Shown in pieces: positions 1-9,302 of a stretch of DNA of 32,000 bases (position 1 is its first letter; every line of letters starts with the position of its first letter). Under the pieces are notes generated by a model that saw only the letters and a list, made by a program, of their open reading frames with translations, made no database searches and had not been told where the DNA came from. The translations under genes were made by a program, and so were the position numbers. The DNA is from Pirellula staleyi DSM 6068 (lineage in GTDB: Bacteria; Planctomycetota; Planctomycetia; Pirellulales; Pirellulaceae), in contig CP001848.1 in assembly GCA_000025185.1 (NCBI GenBank), forward strand, positions 4,200,001-4,232,000. The letters are read 5' to 3'.

Positions 1-205
1 GCGGGATTTCTCCAGAGAGGAAAAGAAGCAAGGTGTGGAAATCGAACGTCAGCGGCACGATCAACATGGATCGCGCCGGAGAGTTCGTTTGGCATCAATG
101 CCGGTAGGCGGGGCAGATTCTAACGGGGTTTGGGCACCACTTCCAGCAAATCATGGCGGTGCTGAATATTTCGTAATCTCAGGGTGTGCGGCGCTCAGGA
201 GCCCC

Positions 206-754
206 TTAAACCTTTTTTTGGCTTGCCAAAACATCGAGGCAGCCACGGCAGAAATCGGGCAGGTCATCGGGCTTGCGGCTCGACACAAAATGCCGGTCGA
301 CCACCACCGCAGCATCTTCCCAAATCGCGCCGGCGTTCACCAAATCGTCTTTGATGCCGAGCGATCCGGTGACTCGTACGCCCCGATAAACCCCCGCCGA
401 GATCGGTATCCAGCCACCGTGACAAATGGCGGCGACCAGTTTTCCTGTCTCCGCAAAGTGACGCACGATCGCCAGCACTTGTGGATCGCGTCGCAGTTTG
501 TCGGGCATAAAGCCCCCTGGCACAACGAGTCCATCGAACTGCGTAGGATCGACGCTTGCAATCGCAACATCCGACTTGCACGGATAGCTGTGCTTTCCTG
601 CGTAGAGCTGCTTGGCTTCGTCCGCAGCAATCACCACCTCGGCCCCCGCTTCGATCAGTCGCAGCTTGGGATACCAGAGTTCGAGATCTTCGTAGATATC
701 GCCGGTGAAGAAGAGAATTTTCTGACCAGCGGCTGAGCGGGGCGAAGTTGTCAT
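206..754 (-). CDS. DJ-1/PfpI family protein (class I glutamine-amidotransferase-like / intracellular protease type)
   Basis: Frame of track ORF 206..937(-). The family-like sequence begins at the internal Met (MTTSPRSAAGQKILFF...), giving about 182 aa, which is typical for the family. It has the nucleophile-elbow motif AAICHGG and the VVPGGF motif. The upstream 61 codons of the track ORF look non-coding. Confidence 0.85.
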   Translation of the reverse strand: MTTSPRSAAGQKILFFTGDIYEDLELWYPKLRLIEAGAEVVIAADEAKQLYAGKHSYPCKSDVAIASVDPTQFDGLVVPGGFMPDKLRRDPQVLAIVRHFAETGKLVAAICHGGWIPISAGVYRGVRVTGSLGIKDDLVNAGAIWEDAAVVVDRHFVSSRKPDDLPDFCRGCLDVLASQKKV

Positions 755-954
755 GGAAGCTCGAATCGTGCTTGAGAGTCGTGTTGCAGGAACATGTCTG
801 GCGGTTTGTAGCACGAAATGGGGCTCGATGAAATGCACGGCGATGCAGGGGGTGTGCAGTAGCCGCGCGTCGCTGATTCGTTCAGAATACGGTTCTCGCG
901 TGCGAGAGCCTCTCCCACCTTGCAACGACGTAAGCACGACGAAGGAGTTTTGTG

Positions 955-1740
955 ATGAGCGACGTGGCCAATCCCGCAGCCTCTGGTGAAGAGACCAAAA
1001 AGTGGCGTCCCCTCAACTCGCGCTGCCGGCGCATTTTTGGCGTGCTGATTGAAAAAGCGAAGACAACGCCTGATGCCTACCCCCTCACACTTTCGGGGCT
1101 CATCACCGGCTGTAATCAAAAGAGCAATCGCGAACCGCAGATGAATCTCGACAGCGATGAGGTCGAGCAGCATCTCGAGGAACTGCGCGCCCTGGGTGCG
1201 GTGACTGAAGTGCAGGGGAGTGGTCGCGTCGCCAAGTATCGCCATCATGCGTACGAGTGGCTCGGGGTCGATAAGTTTGAACTCGCCGTAATGACCGAAC
1301 TGCTGCTGCGGGGCGAACAAACACTGGGGGAACTGCGTGGACGTGCGGCTCGCATGGAGCCGATTGCCGATCTCGCGGCGCTGAAGCCGATCGTCGATTC
1401 GCTGCTGAAAAAGGGGCTGATGATTGCCCTGACACCAGCTGGTCGCGGGCAAATTGTGACGCACAATCTCTACAAAGAGCGGGAGATGGTGGAACTTCGA
1501 GCCCAGTTTGCAAACTACACCCCACCTTCGCCATCAGCAACCGATGACGACGATGGCCCAGTGACGCGGCACGCGCCATCGGCGCCGGTGGCTTCAGCTC
1601 ACGCGACTCCAGCGGCAGCTCCGCTGCGGAGTATCACGGCCGATATGCTGGCGGAACTCAATGTCGAGTTTGCCGAACTTCGTGCCGAAGTGATGCGTCT
1701 GCGCGAGCGCGTGACGACGCTGGAAGATAAAGTGGGTTAG
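955..1740 (+). CDS. YceH/DUF480 (UPF0502) family protein with C-terminal coiled-coil tail
   Basis: The translation is collinear with E. coli YceH as I recall it: (V/L)IEKxxTTPxxYPL(S/T)xxG(L/V)xxxCNQK(S/T)NREP, then LLLRGxQTxGELRxRAARM. AGGAG lies 7 nt upstream of ATG 955; the track start at 952 is a GTG one codon earlier. Confidence 0.85.
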   Translation: MSDVANPAASGEETKKWRPLNSRCRRIFGVLIEKAKTTPDAYPLTLSGLITGCNQKSNREPQMNLDSDEVEQHLEELRALGAVTEVQGSGRVAKYRHHAYEWLGVDKFELAVMTELLLRGEQTLGELRGRAARMEPIADLAALKPIVDSLLKKGLMIALTPAGRGQIVTHNLYKEREMVELRAQFANYTPPSPSATDDDDGPVTRHAPSAPVASAHATPAAAPLRSITADMLAELNVEFAELRAEVMRLRERVTTLEDKVG

Positions 1741-1779
1741 TGGTCGGCGCTATTCTGTGAATCGCCGTCTTGGCTAACG

Positions 1780-2484
1780 CTAGGAAGTGGGACCACGAAA
1801 TAGAGCCGGAGCGAGCGGGGCCAGACTGGCACTGCTGTCGAGTGCCGCGCGAAGTCGCTGAAGATATTCGGCGCGTGGAATTTCCGTTGCACCGAGGCTT
1901 CGCGTGTGGTCGTTGATCCACTGCACGTCGAGTAGTTGAAACCCGCGCTCGAGCAGTGTTTGCTCGAGGAACATCAGGGCGATCTTCGAGCCATCACTCA
2001 CGCGCGAGAACATCGACTCGGCAGCGAACAAACCACCGATCGCGACGCCGTAAGTCCCGCCGATCAGTTGGCCGTCGAGCCACACCTCGATGCTGTGGGC
2101 ATGTCCCGCCCCGTGCATCGCCAGGTAGGCCCGCTGCATCCGGGGCGTGAGCCACACCCCGGTCTCTTTGCGGCGTGGTCCCGCACAGCCGGCGATCACG
2201 TCGGCAAATGCTTGGTCGATCGAAACATGGTACTCTCGCTGCCGCAGTTTGCGGCATAATCGGGACGATTTCCGTAGCTGACCGAGGGGAATGATCGCGC
2301 GCGGATCGGGCGAATACCACGAAGTGCGAAAGATCGTTCGGCTGTCGTCGGGCATCGGAAATGCGCCGGCGCGATAGGCCGCCAGAAGCCAGTCGATCGA
2401 CAGAGTTCCCCCCACAAGCAGCAAGCCGTCGGCAGCAGCTTTTTCTGCGGGAGGAAACTTCGTTGATCGCTTAAGAAACCACAT
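1780..2484 (-). CDS. aat: leucyl/phenylalanyl-tRNA--protein transferase
   Basis: 234 aa. The C-terminal half matches the Aat pattern I recall: GGLFAAESMFSRVSDGSKIAL...LLDVQWINDHTRSLGATEIPRAEYL, compared with E. coli GESMFSR...SKTAL...[25 protein letters not shown]. Confidence 0.9.
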   Translation of the reverse strand: MWFLKRSTKFPPAEKAAADGLLLVGGTLSIDWLLAAYRAGAFPMPDDSRTIFRTSWYSPDPRAIIPLGQLRKSSRLCRKLRQREYHVSIDQAFADVIAGCAGPRRKETGVWLTPRMQRAYLAMHGAGHAHSIEVWLDGQLIGGTYGVAIGGLFAAESMFSRVSDGSKIALMFLEQTLLERGFQLLDVQWINDHTRSLGATEIPRAEYLQRLRAALDSSASLAPLAPALFRGPTS

Positions 2485-2721
2485 GAGCCGGATGAGTTAA
2501 ATTTTGCGAGGGGAAGCGACTAGTAAAACGCAAATGAGATCGGCTGAACGATCATGAATCGTCAGGTTCTCGCGGTAGTGGACAAGCGATTATCGCGGCA
2601 GCCGGGCAAGAATTCGATGGTAGGACAGTCCTTCGGCTGCCGAACTGGTAGAGAATTCCTGATTTTTCGGCTCCATCTGAGAAGAAAAAGGGCACGCAGA
2701 GCGATTCGATCGTAAATTTTG

Positions 2722-2750
2722 TTTTCAGCACTTTCCCGTCCCTCTATAAT
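2722..2750 (+). promoter_or_regulatory. candidate sigma70-type promoter for the HtrA-family gene (TTTTCA-N17-TATAAT)
   Basis: A perfect TATAAT lies at 2745..2750. A 4/6 match to the -35 consensus (TTTTCA, 2722..2727) sits at 17-nt spacing, about 29 nt upstream of the TTG 2779 start. This is a sequence match only. Confidence 0.3.
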
Positions 2751-2778
2751 CGAGAAGTTAGCGATCTAGAGAGGGGAC

Positions 2779-4281
2779 TTGTTTCCCTCGTACCGATCCC
2801 CGGCACTTTGCCCCAATCCTTGCGACGGAGTTTTTCCTGTGGACGAGCGGAGCGATTATCGCCAGCCAATCCCCTCGAAAATCCCTCCAGCAACAGGGAT
2901 AGGTAGCGGGCTTCCCATCCACCAAACAACGGGGTGGAATACGCAAGAGCCGATCACGACTCACGAACCGGGGGAGAGCAGCCGACCTTCGGGGGCTCAC
3001 GATTTTGCCTCGATTCGTCAGGCTGTTCGAGCGGCCAGTAGTTCGCCCGATGAATCGAGTGACGCGGCTGCGGCCAATCTAGTCGGGGTGAGTGCCTCCC
3101 CTTGGGACGAAACCTCAGCCGACCGGGAAGTGCTACGCGTGAAACTCGCCTGGGCCAAGCTGATGTGGCTGATGGCCTTTCTGATGGTGCTTCTCGCGGT
3201 TAGCTATCTTGTGCCGTTTATCGCCGAGAATACCCAGTATGCCATCACGCGCGGCAAGCAGCGTGCGGAATACGATTTCGCCAAGCAGCATCTCGCGGGC
3301 GATCCTCTCGCGCAGATGTCGCAGGCATATCAGATGGTTTCGCAGCGCGTGAGTCCCAGTGTGGTGCATATCAACACGATTGCGTCGGGCAGCGACGTCT
3401 ATTTGCCGACTTTGTCGCTGCAAAGTCCCAGCCGCAGCCGGATGCCAGCGGAAGGGCAGGGCTCGGGATTTATTGTTGATGCTGGCGGCTATGTGGTGAC
3501 AAATTATCACGTCATTCGCGACGCCCAGCGTATTCAAGTGGCACTGAGCGATGGCCGTCGGGTCGAAGGTCAAATTATTGGCTACGATAAAGAGACCGAT
3601 CTGGCGGTGTTGAAGATCAAGGCCGACAAGCTGATTGCCGCTCAGTGGGCTAATAGCGACGATGTGAACGTTGGGTCGCTTGTTTGGGCGGTTGGTAGCC
3701 CCTTCGGGCTGGAGCGGAGCATCACCTCGGGGATTTTGAGCGCGAAGCATCGGGCTGGTCTCGCGGGAACTCCTTATCAAGACTTTCTGCAATCCGATGC
3801 TGCGGTGAATCCTGGGAACAGCGGAGGTCCGCTGGTCGACATTCAAGGCCGCGTTCTCGGCGTGAACACGGCGATTGTGGGGGACGCCTATCAGGGGATC
3901 AGCTTTGCGGTTCCGAGCAACGTGGCACGCGAGGTGTTTGAGCGTCTGCGCGACGATGGCCTCGTGCGCCGAGGCTGGCTTGGTGTCGCGCTCGATGTTC
4001 CTGATCGCGAAGAGGCTATCAAAGCGGGGTCTACTGAAGGAAATGGAGCGCTCGTGAGCCAAGTGGTTGATGGCGATGGGATGCAGTCTCCTGCCGCCAA
4101 AGCGGGGATCGAGTCGGGTGATATTGTGATTCGCTGGAACGATACTCCGGTCGATGCCCCCGCGACCCTCAGCAATTTGGTCGCTCGCACCCCTGTCGGT
4201 TCGACCGCTTCAGTGGTGATTGCTCGCGGAGGCCAACAATCCACCGTCGAAGTGGTAGTCGGGCTCCGGCCTTCCCCTTAA
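2779..4281 (+). CDS. HtrA/DegP-family (S1C) serine protease with N-terminal membrane anchor and C-terminal PDZ domain
   Basis: Catalytic-triad motifs appear in the canonical order: TNYHVI (His), DLAVLKI (Asp), GNSGGPLVD (Ser). A TM helix (WLMAFLMVLLAVSYLVPFI) precedes the protease domain, and a PDZ-like C-terminal region follows (GDIVIRWNDTPV...). The start is uncertain: TTG 2779 is preceded by purine-rich GAGAGGGGA, and there is no in-frame ATG before the TM helix. Confidence 0.88.
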   Translation: MFPSYRSPALCPNPCDGVFPVDERSDYRQPIPSKIPPATGIGSGLPIHQTTGWNTQEPITTHEPGESSRPSGAHDFASIRQAVRAASSSPDESSDAAAANLVGVSASPWDETSADREVLRVKLAWAKLMWLMAFLMVLLAVSYLVPFIAENTQYAITRGKQRAEYDFAKQHLAGDPLAQMSQAYQMVSQRVSPSVVHINTIASGSDVYLPTLSLQSPSRSRMPAEGQGSGFIVDAGGYVVTNYHVIRDAQRIQVALSDGRRVEGQIIGYDKETDLAVLKIKADKLIAAQWANSDDVNVGSLVWAVGSPFGLERSITSGILSAKHRAGLAGTPYQDFLQSDAAVNPGNSGGPLVDIQGRVLGVNTAIVGDAYQGISFAVPSNVAREVFERLRDDGLVRRGWLGVALDVPDREEAIKAGSTEGNGALVSQVVDGDGMQSPAAKAGIESGDIVIRWNDTPVDAPATLSNLVARTPVGSTASVVIARGGQQSTVEVVVGLRPSP

Positions 4282-4462
4282 TCTCGCCCTCTTCAGCGGC
4301 GTGCTAGCACTACTCGGTTGTCCAGTTTCGATCTAGGACTTTGGACCGAAGTTTGGCACAATCATCTTCCGAAATATCTAGTTTCAAGGACCTTGAGTAG
4401 CGTTTTGCACTCTCGAGTCGTCGGCGAAAAGAGCGTTCGAGCACACGGAGGTGCGACTGGCA

Positions 4463-5419
4463 ATGGTGAGGCGTCTGGGGCAATACGCTGTGTATCTGAT
4501 GGTGCGAGTGGTCATTTCGATCATTCAGGCCCTGTCGCTCGACGCTGCTGCCGCTGTGGCCCGCACACTTGCTTGGTTGCTTTGCGATGTCGTTCGCCTT
4601 CGTCGCCGACTGGTCGACGAAAACCTCGCAGCCTCTTTTCCCGAGAAATCGGTGTCCGAGCGGGCACAAATTGCCCGCGCCCAGTACGAACATCTGCTGC
4701 TTTTGGCGTTCGAAATCGCTCACGCTCCGCGCAAGATTCACGAAACAAACTGGCGCAAGTTTGTGACGATCCATCGCAAACGAGAACTGGTGAGCGCGAT
4801 GCTTGCCCCTCGGCCACGCGTGATTGTCACCGCCCACTTTGGCAACTTCGAAATCGCCGGTTTTATGAGCGGGCTGCTCGGAATTCCGACGTTCACCGTC
4901 GCACGCACGCTCGATAATCCCTACCTCGACGACTACCTGAATCAATTTCGCGAACTCAAAGGGCAGTTCATTCTTCCCAAGGTCGGCAGTGCGCCGCAGG
5001 CTGATGCGGTGCTCGCGATGGAGGGAACTTTGGTGCTGCTGGGGGATCACCATGCGGGGCCGAAAGGATGCTGGGTCGAGTTTATGAACCGCCCCGCGTC
5101 GTGCCACAAAGCGGTCGCTTTGTTTACGCTGCTCAGCGGCGCGCCGATGATCGTCACCTACTGTCGTCGACTCGGTAAGCCCTTGCAGTTCGAACTGGGA
5201 CTAGCGGGCATTCAGGACCCGCTCGTAACTTCCAGCGAACTGGCTGGGGTCAAGCCACTCACGCAGTGGTACAATTCGCGGCTCGAAGAGTTCATTCGCG
5301 ACTGCCCTTCGCAGTACTGGTGGGTACATAACCGCTGGCGCGATCCACCGGCGAAAAAGAAAATCAAAGCAGCCGAACCGACTGCCAGCAGCGACGAACC
5401 ACCGGCCCGGGCGGCGTAG
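4463..5419 (+). CDS. LpxL/HtrB-type lipid A biosynthesis (lysophospholipid) acyltransferase
   Basis: It has an N-terminal membrane helix (YAVYLMVRVVISIIQAL) and an acyltransferase HX4E motif in VTAHFGNFE. Length and overall pattern fit the late lipid A acyltransferase family. ATG 4463 was chosen over GTG 4451, with GGAG at 4447..4450. Confidence 0.75.
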   Translation: MVRRLGQYAVYLMVRVVISIIQALSLDAAAAVARTLAWLLCDVVRLRRRLVDENLAASFPEKSVSERAQIARAQYEHLLLLAFEIAHAPRKIHETNWRKFVTIHRKRELVSAMLAPRPRVIVTAHFGNFEIAGFMSGLLGIPTFTVARTLDNPYLDDYLNQFRELKGQFILPKVGSAPQADAVLAMEGTLVLLGDHHAGPKGCWVEFMNRPASCHKAVALFTLLSGAPMIVTYCRRLGKPLQFELGLAGIQDPLVTSSELAGVKPLTQWYNSRLEEFIRDCPSQYWWVHNRWRDPPAKKKIKAAEPTASSDEPPARAA

Positions 5420-5500
5420 TGTCGGTCGATATTCCAGACTCCTGTCGACGTTGCTAAATTCCTACCCTCCAAACTTCGTCACTTGGTAGCAGGTGCTATT

Positions 5501-5827
5501 TTGTCTGACCGCTGGTTTGCTGTCGCTCGCGACGAAGAACTTCCGGTGGGAGGTGCTCGTGAATGCGTTGCCGATGGCCGCATTGTGGCGATCTTTCGAA
5601 CCGCTGAAGCCTTGTATGCACTCGATGGTATCTGCCCGCATCAGGGTGGACCGCTCGGCAAAGGCAAACTCGCCGGCTGCATCATCACTTGCCCGTGGCA
5701 CGGCTGGCAATTCGATATAGCAACCGGCCAGCATCAGGCGAGCAAGTCGATTGTGCATACCCGCTGGCTCGTAAAATCCGAAGCAGGCGAAATCTGGGTT
5801 TCACCCCCCGATGAAGCGCCGGCATGA
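5501..5827 (+). CDS. Rieske [2Fe-2S] domain protein (NirD-like small ferredoxin subunit type)
   Basis: The two Rieske ligand boxes are CPHQGGPL and CPWHGWQF, with typical spacing. TTG 5501 is preceded by AGGTG with a 5-nt spacer. The track start, TTG 5483, is an alternative. Confidence 0.85.
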   Translation: MSDRWFAVARDEELPVGGARECVADGRIVAIFRTAEALYALDGICPHQGGPLGKGKLAGCIITCPWHGWQFDIATGQHQASKSIVHTRWLVKSEAGEIWVSPPDEAPA

Positions 5828-5966
5828 GTTTCAAGAGCAACTTCTCGCCCCAGAACTCGATCGAAACCTTTCCCCCGAAGCGGTTACCCCTTAGACTCAC
5901 TTCCATGAGCTGCAGCCTCGTTACCGCACACCCCCTCCTCGCGCACCTTGGTGTGCCCCCCACGTC

Positions 5967-6920
5967 GTGATTCGCTATCGATCGTTTCAAAACTGGGACC
6001 CACCATCGCTCGCCGAGATTTGGCGTTCGCAGCCTCCGGTGCGTGGTCGCATGCAGCCCGTCACGCCGGCGATGCTCGAGGAACTTGTTTTTGCCCGTCC
6101 CTACTTCGATCGGCATGGGCTGATTGTCGCCGTCGATGGGGTCCGACCTGTCGGATTTGTCCATGCCGGGTTTGCCGCAAGCAGCGATCTCTCGACGCTC
6201 GATAAATCGCAAGGGACCACCTGCATGCTTCAGGTGATGCCGCACGAACTGCGCGGCGTGATTGCCATGGAGCTGTTGGCGGCCAGTGAAGACTACCTGC
6301 GCAAAAATGGGGCCACGCGGCTGTATGCGGGGCTTAAGTTTCCACTCAACCCGTTCTATCTCGGGCTCTATGGCGGGAGCGAACTTCCGGGCATTCTTGC
6401 CAGCGACGAGCAAGCAGCTGAAATCGTGCGCAGCGGCGGCTATTCCATGGCCGCGCGATCGCTGCTGTGGCAACGTTCGCTGGCAGGCTTTCGCGCTCCT
6501 GTCGATCGTCAGCAAATGGCCGTCCGACGTCGCTTTCGTGTCATGGGTCCTCAGGCGGTGATTCCCGACAACTGGTGGGAAGCGTGTGTGTGGTGCCAAT
6601 GCGAGTGGCAGCGTTTCGACCTCACGCTGCGCGATGGTGGCGAACCCATCGTGAGCGCCACCTTCTGGGAAATTCTTCCCCTCAGCCGCTCGTGGGGTGT
6701 GCGAACGATGGGGCTTGTGAATATCGACGACACCCCCGAAGCTCGCAGCGAAGGACTGACCCTCTTTTTGCTCGGCGAAGCCCTACGACAGTTTCAGTCG
6801 CAAGGTGTCCCGTTTTTCGAAGCCCATTCGGCAGGAGACGATACTTCGCTGGCCGAGGTTTTTATTCAGCTTGGCATGGCGCAGTACGATCGTGGGATCC
6901 TTTGGTCAAAGCAGACCTAG
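5967..6920 (+). CDS. GNAT-like acetyltransferase-fold protein (tentative)
   Basis: This is a long, clean ORF with a GTG start, co-directional with its neighbours. The two-lobed pattern and the N-terminus MIRYRSFQNWDPP... resemble proteins annotated as GNAT family in planctomycetes. That is weak recall; I did not identify an acetyl-CoA binding motif with certainty. Confidence 0.5.
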   Translation: MIRYRSFQNWDPPSLAEIWRSQPPVRGRMQPVTPAMLEELVFARPYFDRHGLIVAVDGVRPVGFVHAGFAASSDLSTLDKSQGTTCMLQVMPHELRGVIAMELLAASEDYLRKNGATRLYAGLKFPLNPFYLGLYGGSELPGILASDEQAAEIVRSGGYSMAARSLLWQRSLAGFRAPVDRQQMAVRRRFRVMGPQAVIPDNWWEACVWCQCEWQRFDLTLRDGGEPIVSATFWEILPLSRSWGVRTMGLVNIDDTPEARSEGLTLFLLGEALRQFQSQGVPFFEAHSAGDDTSLAEVFIQLGMAQYDRGILWSKQT

Positions 6921-7028
6921 ACAGACCAGCGGGCTGCCTGGTTCTACGTTATCTTTCTGCGCCGATGGGTAGCCAAAGCGATCGACAGAGGCTCTAGTAA
7001 ACGCATCCTCTTTTACTCGAGCTGTGAC

Positions 7029-9188
7029 GTGAAAAACCCAACTCATTTCAGTAGAAACTCGCGTGCCTCGGTCACCCGAGTCCAGTGGTGGTGGTCGTCG
7101 CTGGCGAGAATCTCGTCGCTACGGTGGCTCCTTCCCGGGCTCGCTCTACTGCTCCTTTTGCCGATTGGCTACTGGGTGTTTCATCGCGTCGAATCAGCCG
7201 CCCGCATGCAGCTGGCTGACGAACTGCAAACAATCCTGCGTACCGACGTGGCCGCGATGGAGATTTGGTTCGAGACGCAAAAAACGACGGTGCAATCGCT
7301 CGCAACCGATCCCGAATTGCGAGCAATTGTGGATCGTATCTTGGACGATTCGAAAACGCTGGCCGACGACGAATTGGCGATGGCAGCTTCGGCGGAAGAG
7401 TTTCGCGACGTCATTCAGCCGACGCTCGTTGCCCGGCGATATCCCGGCTACATGCTGCTCGACATGAATGCCCGTCTCATCGCTTCCGAGCGCCCCGAGG
7501 CTGTCGGCCAGTCGCTCGAAGGGGACTACCAAGCGCTTGTGAAGCGAGTGGCAGAGAAGGGCCCCACCCTCTATCGCCCTTTTGCATCGACGATTCCGCT
7601 GCGAGTCGCCGGGGGTGAGCTGGCTGCAGGGCTCCCCGTGATGTTTGCTGCTTGCGATGTACGTAATCCGACCGGCGATGTCGTGGCGGTGCTCGCGCTC
7701 CGGATTCGTCCTGAGGTAGAGTTCTCGCGCATTTTGCAAACCGCTTGGGTTGGCGAGACTGGCGAGACCTATGCGTTCGACGCCAAGGGAACACTCGTCT
7801 CGAAAAGTCGTTTCGACGAGGAGCTGATTCGGGTGGGACTGCTCGCCGATAAACCGGGGGCCACCTCGGTCTTGAATGTGGATCTCCGCGACCCGGGGGT
7901 TGATATGCCTGCAGGAAAACAGCCTTCCGAGCGGCGCAGCGCCCAACCACTCACCAAAATGGCAGCCTCGGCAATTGCGGGGGAAACAAGTTTTGACGTG
8001 AATGGCTATCGCGATTTTCGAGGGGTCGATGTGGTGGGAGCCTGGACCTGGCTACCCGAGTACGAGATCGGTTTGGCGACTGAGATTTCACTGCGAGAAG
8101 CGTTCAAACCGCTCTATATTTTGCGAGCGATATTCGGGGGGCTGTTTGGGCTTGTGACACTGGCGATGATCGCCGCGGTGATCTTTTCCTTCGCCGTTTC
8201 GCACTTCCAGCGGGCTGCACAAAAAGCGACGCTTGCGGCCAAGCAACTTGGCCAATACCAGCTCGAAGAAAAACTTGGCGAAGGTGGCATGGGGGTCGTT
8301 TACAAAGGTCAGCACAAAATGCTGCGCCGCGCGACTGCCATCAAACTGCTGCACACAAGTCGTAACACCGAAGATGCGATTCGCCGCTTCGAACGCGAAG
8401 TGCAGCTGACCTGTCAGCTCAATCATCCCAACACGATTGCCATTTTCGATTACGGCCGAACTCCGGACGGCATCTTTTACTACGCGATGGAGTTTCTCGA
8501 CGGCATGGACCTCGAGCAGCTTGTGACCCGCTATGGCGCGCAGCCCGATGGTCGCGTCCTCTCGATCATGAAGCAGATTTGCGGCTCGCTCGCGGAGGCA
8601 CATGGCGTAGGGCTCGTGCATCGCGACATCAAGCCAGCGAATATCTATCTCTGCAGACGTGGCGGCATTTGCGACTTCATTAAGGTGCTCGATTTTGGTC
8701 TTGTGAAGGCCGTGGATGGATCGCGCGAATCGAACATCACCGCTGCTGGCGCGGTGACTGGGACGCCAGCCTACATGGCTCCCGAATCGATCGATGAACC
8801 GGAGCATCCCGACCCGCGCAGCGATCTTTATGCGGTCGGCGCAGTAGCCTATTTTCTACTCACCGGTGCGCCTGTTTTCAGTGGTCGAAGCGTCGTCGAA
8901 ATTTGCATGCATCATGCAAAAACAATTCCACAGCCTCCCAGTTTGTGCTCGAAGCAATCGATCTCGCCGATGCTCGAAGCTGTGGTGCTGAACCTCTTGG
9001 CCAAAAAGCCCGAAGAACGTGTTTCGTCGGCCAGCGAGCTGCTCGAACTGCTCGAGAAGATCGTGCCAGAACATCCGTTTTCTGCGGCCGATGCGAGTGC
9101 GTGGTGGAAGAGTCAGCAGTTGCCAGCCGCAACGCTGGAAATGAAAACAACCGAGATCGGCGCCGAGCAAACGATAGTGGTGAAATAG
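7029..9188 (+). CDS. membrane Ser/Thr protein kinase with extracytoplasmic Cache-like sensor domain
   Basis: Hanks kinase motifs are present: GEGGMGVVYKG, AIK, HRDIKPANI, DFG, GTPAYMAPE. Two TM helices (LLPGLALLLLLPIGYWVF and IFGGLFGLVTLAMIAAVIFSFAV) flank a ~310-aa region containing a Cache-type signature, YRDFRGVDVVGAW. The start is GTG. Confidence 0.9.
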   Translation: MKNPTHFSRNSRASVTRVQWWWSSLARISSLRWLLPGLALLLLLPIGYWVFHRVESAARMQLADELQTILRTDVAAMEIWFETQKTTVQSLATDPELRAIVDRILDDSKTLADDELAMAASAEEFRDVIQPTLVARRYPGYMLLDMNARLIASERPEAVGQSLEGDYQALVKRVAEKGPTLYRPFASTIPLRVAGGELAAGLPVMFAACDVRNPTGDVVAVLALRIRPEVEFSRILQTAWVGETGETYAFDAKGTLVSKSRFDEELIRVGLLADKPGATSVLNVDLRDPGVDMPAGKQPSERRSAQPLTKMAASAIAGETSFDVNGYRDFRGVDVVGAWTWLPEYEIGLATEISLREAFKPLYILRAIFGGLFGLVTLAMIAAVIFSFAVSHFQRAAQKATLAAKQLGQYQLEEKLGEGGMGVVYKGQHKMLRRATAIKLLHTSRNTEDAIRRFEREVQLTCQLNHPNTIAIFDYGRTPDGIFYYAMEFLDGMDLEQLVTRYGAQPDGRVLSIMKQICGSLAEAHGVGLVHRDIKPANIYLCRRGGICDFIKVLDFGLVKAVDGSRESNITAAGAVTGTPAYMAPESIDEPEHPDPRSDLYAVGAVAYFLLTGAPVFSGRSVVEICMHHAKTIPQPPSLCSKQSISPMLEAVVLNLLAKKPEERVSSASELLELLEKIVPEHPFSAADASAWWKSQQLPAATLEMKTTEIGAEQTIVVK

Positions 9189-9246
9189 AGGCGACTGCCA
9201 AGCATCAGCAGCGTTGCGCTACAAATCGCAGCTGCGTAGGCATCGA

Positions 9247-9286
9247 CCTGCGGCGCTCAGGTTTACGAGCGCCACGCAGGTTTTTC
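9247..9286 (+). terminator. intrinsic terminator downstream of the kinase gene
   Basis: CCTGCGGCGCTC / GAGCGC(CA)CGCAGG forms a 12-bp GC-rich stem with a 2-nt bulge and an 8-nt loop, followed directly by TTTTT (9281..9285). It lies in the convergent gap between the kinase gene and valS. Confidence 0.55.
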
Positions 9287-9302
9287 ATTCGTGTGGGCCG
9301 AA

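Noticed and set aside
35-736. 233-aa plus-strand ORF, together with several other ORFs overlapping 206..937.
   Set aside because: It is entirely antisense to the PfpI/DJ-1 gene, whose translation carries clear family motifs. The 35..736 product is Arg/Ala/Gly-rich with no recognisable domain. Such shadow ORFs are typical of GC-rich DNA.
206-937. N-terminal 61-codon extension of the PfpI-family ORF as given in the track.
   Set aside because: The extension (MLTSLQGGRGSRTREPYSER...) has no family similarity and would overlap the divergent promoter region. The conserved fold starts right after the internal Met at 754.
751-1464. 237-aa minus-strand ORF.
   Set aside because: It is antisense to the YceH/DUF480 gene and has no motifs, so I treat it as a shadow ORF.
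3133-4062. 309-aa minus-strand ORF inside the HtrA gene.
   Set aside because: It is antisense to a gene with an unambiguous Ser-protease catalytic triad and has no recognisable features.
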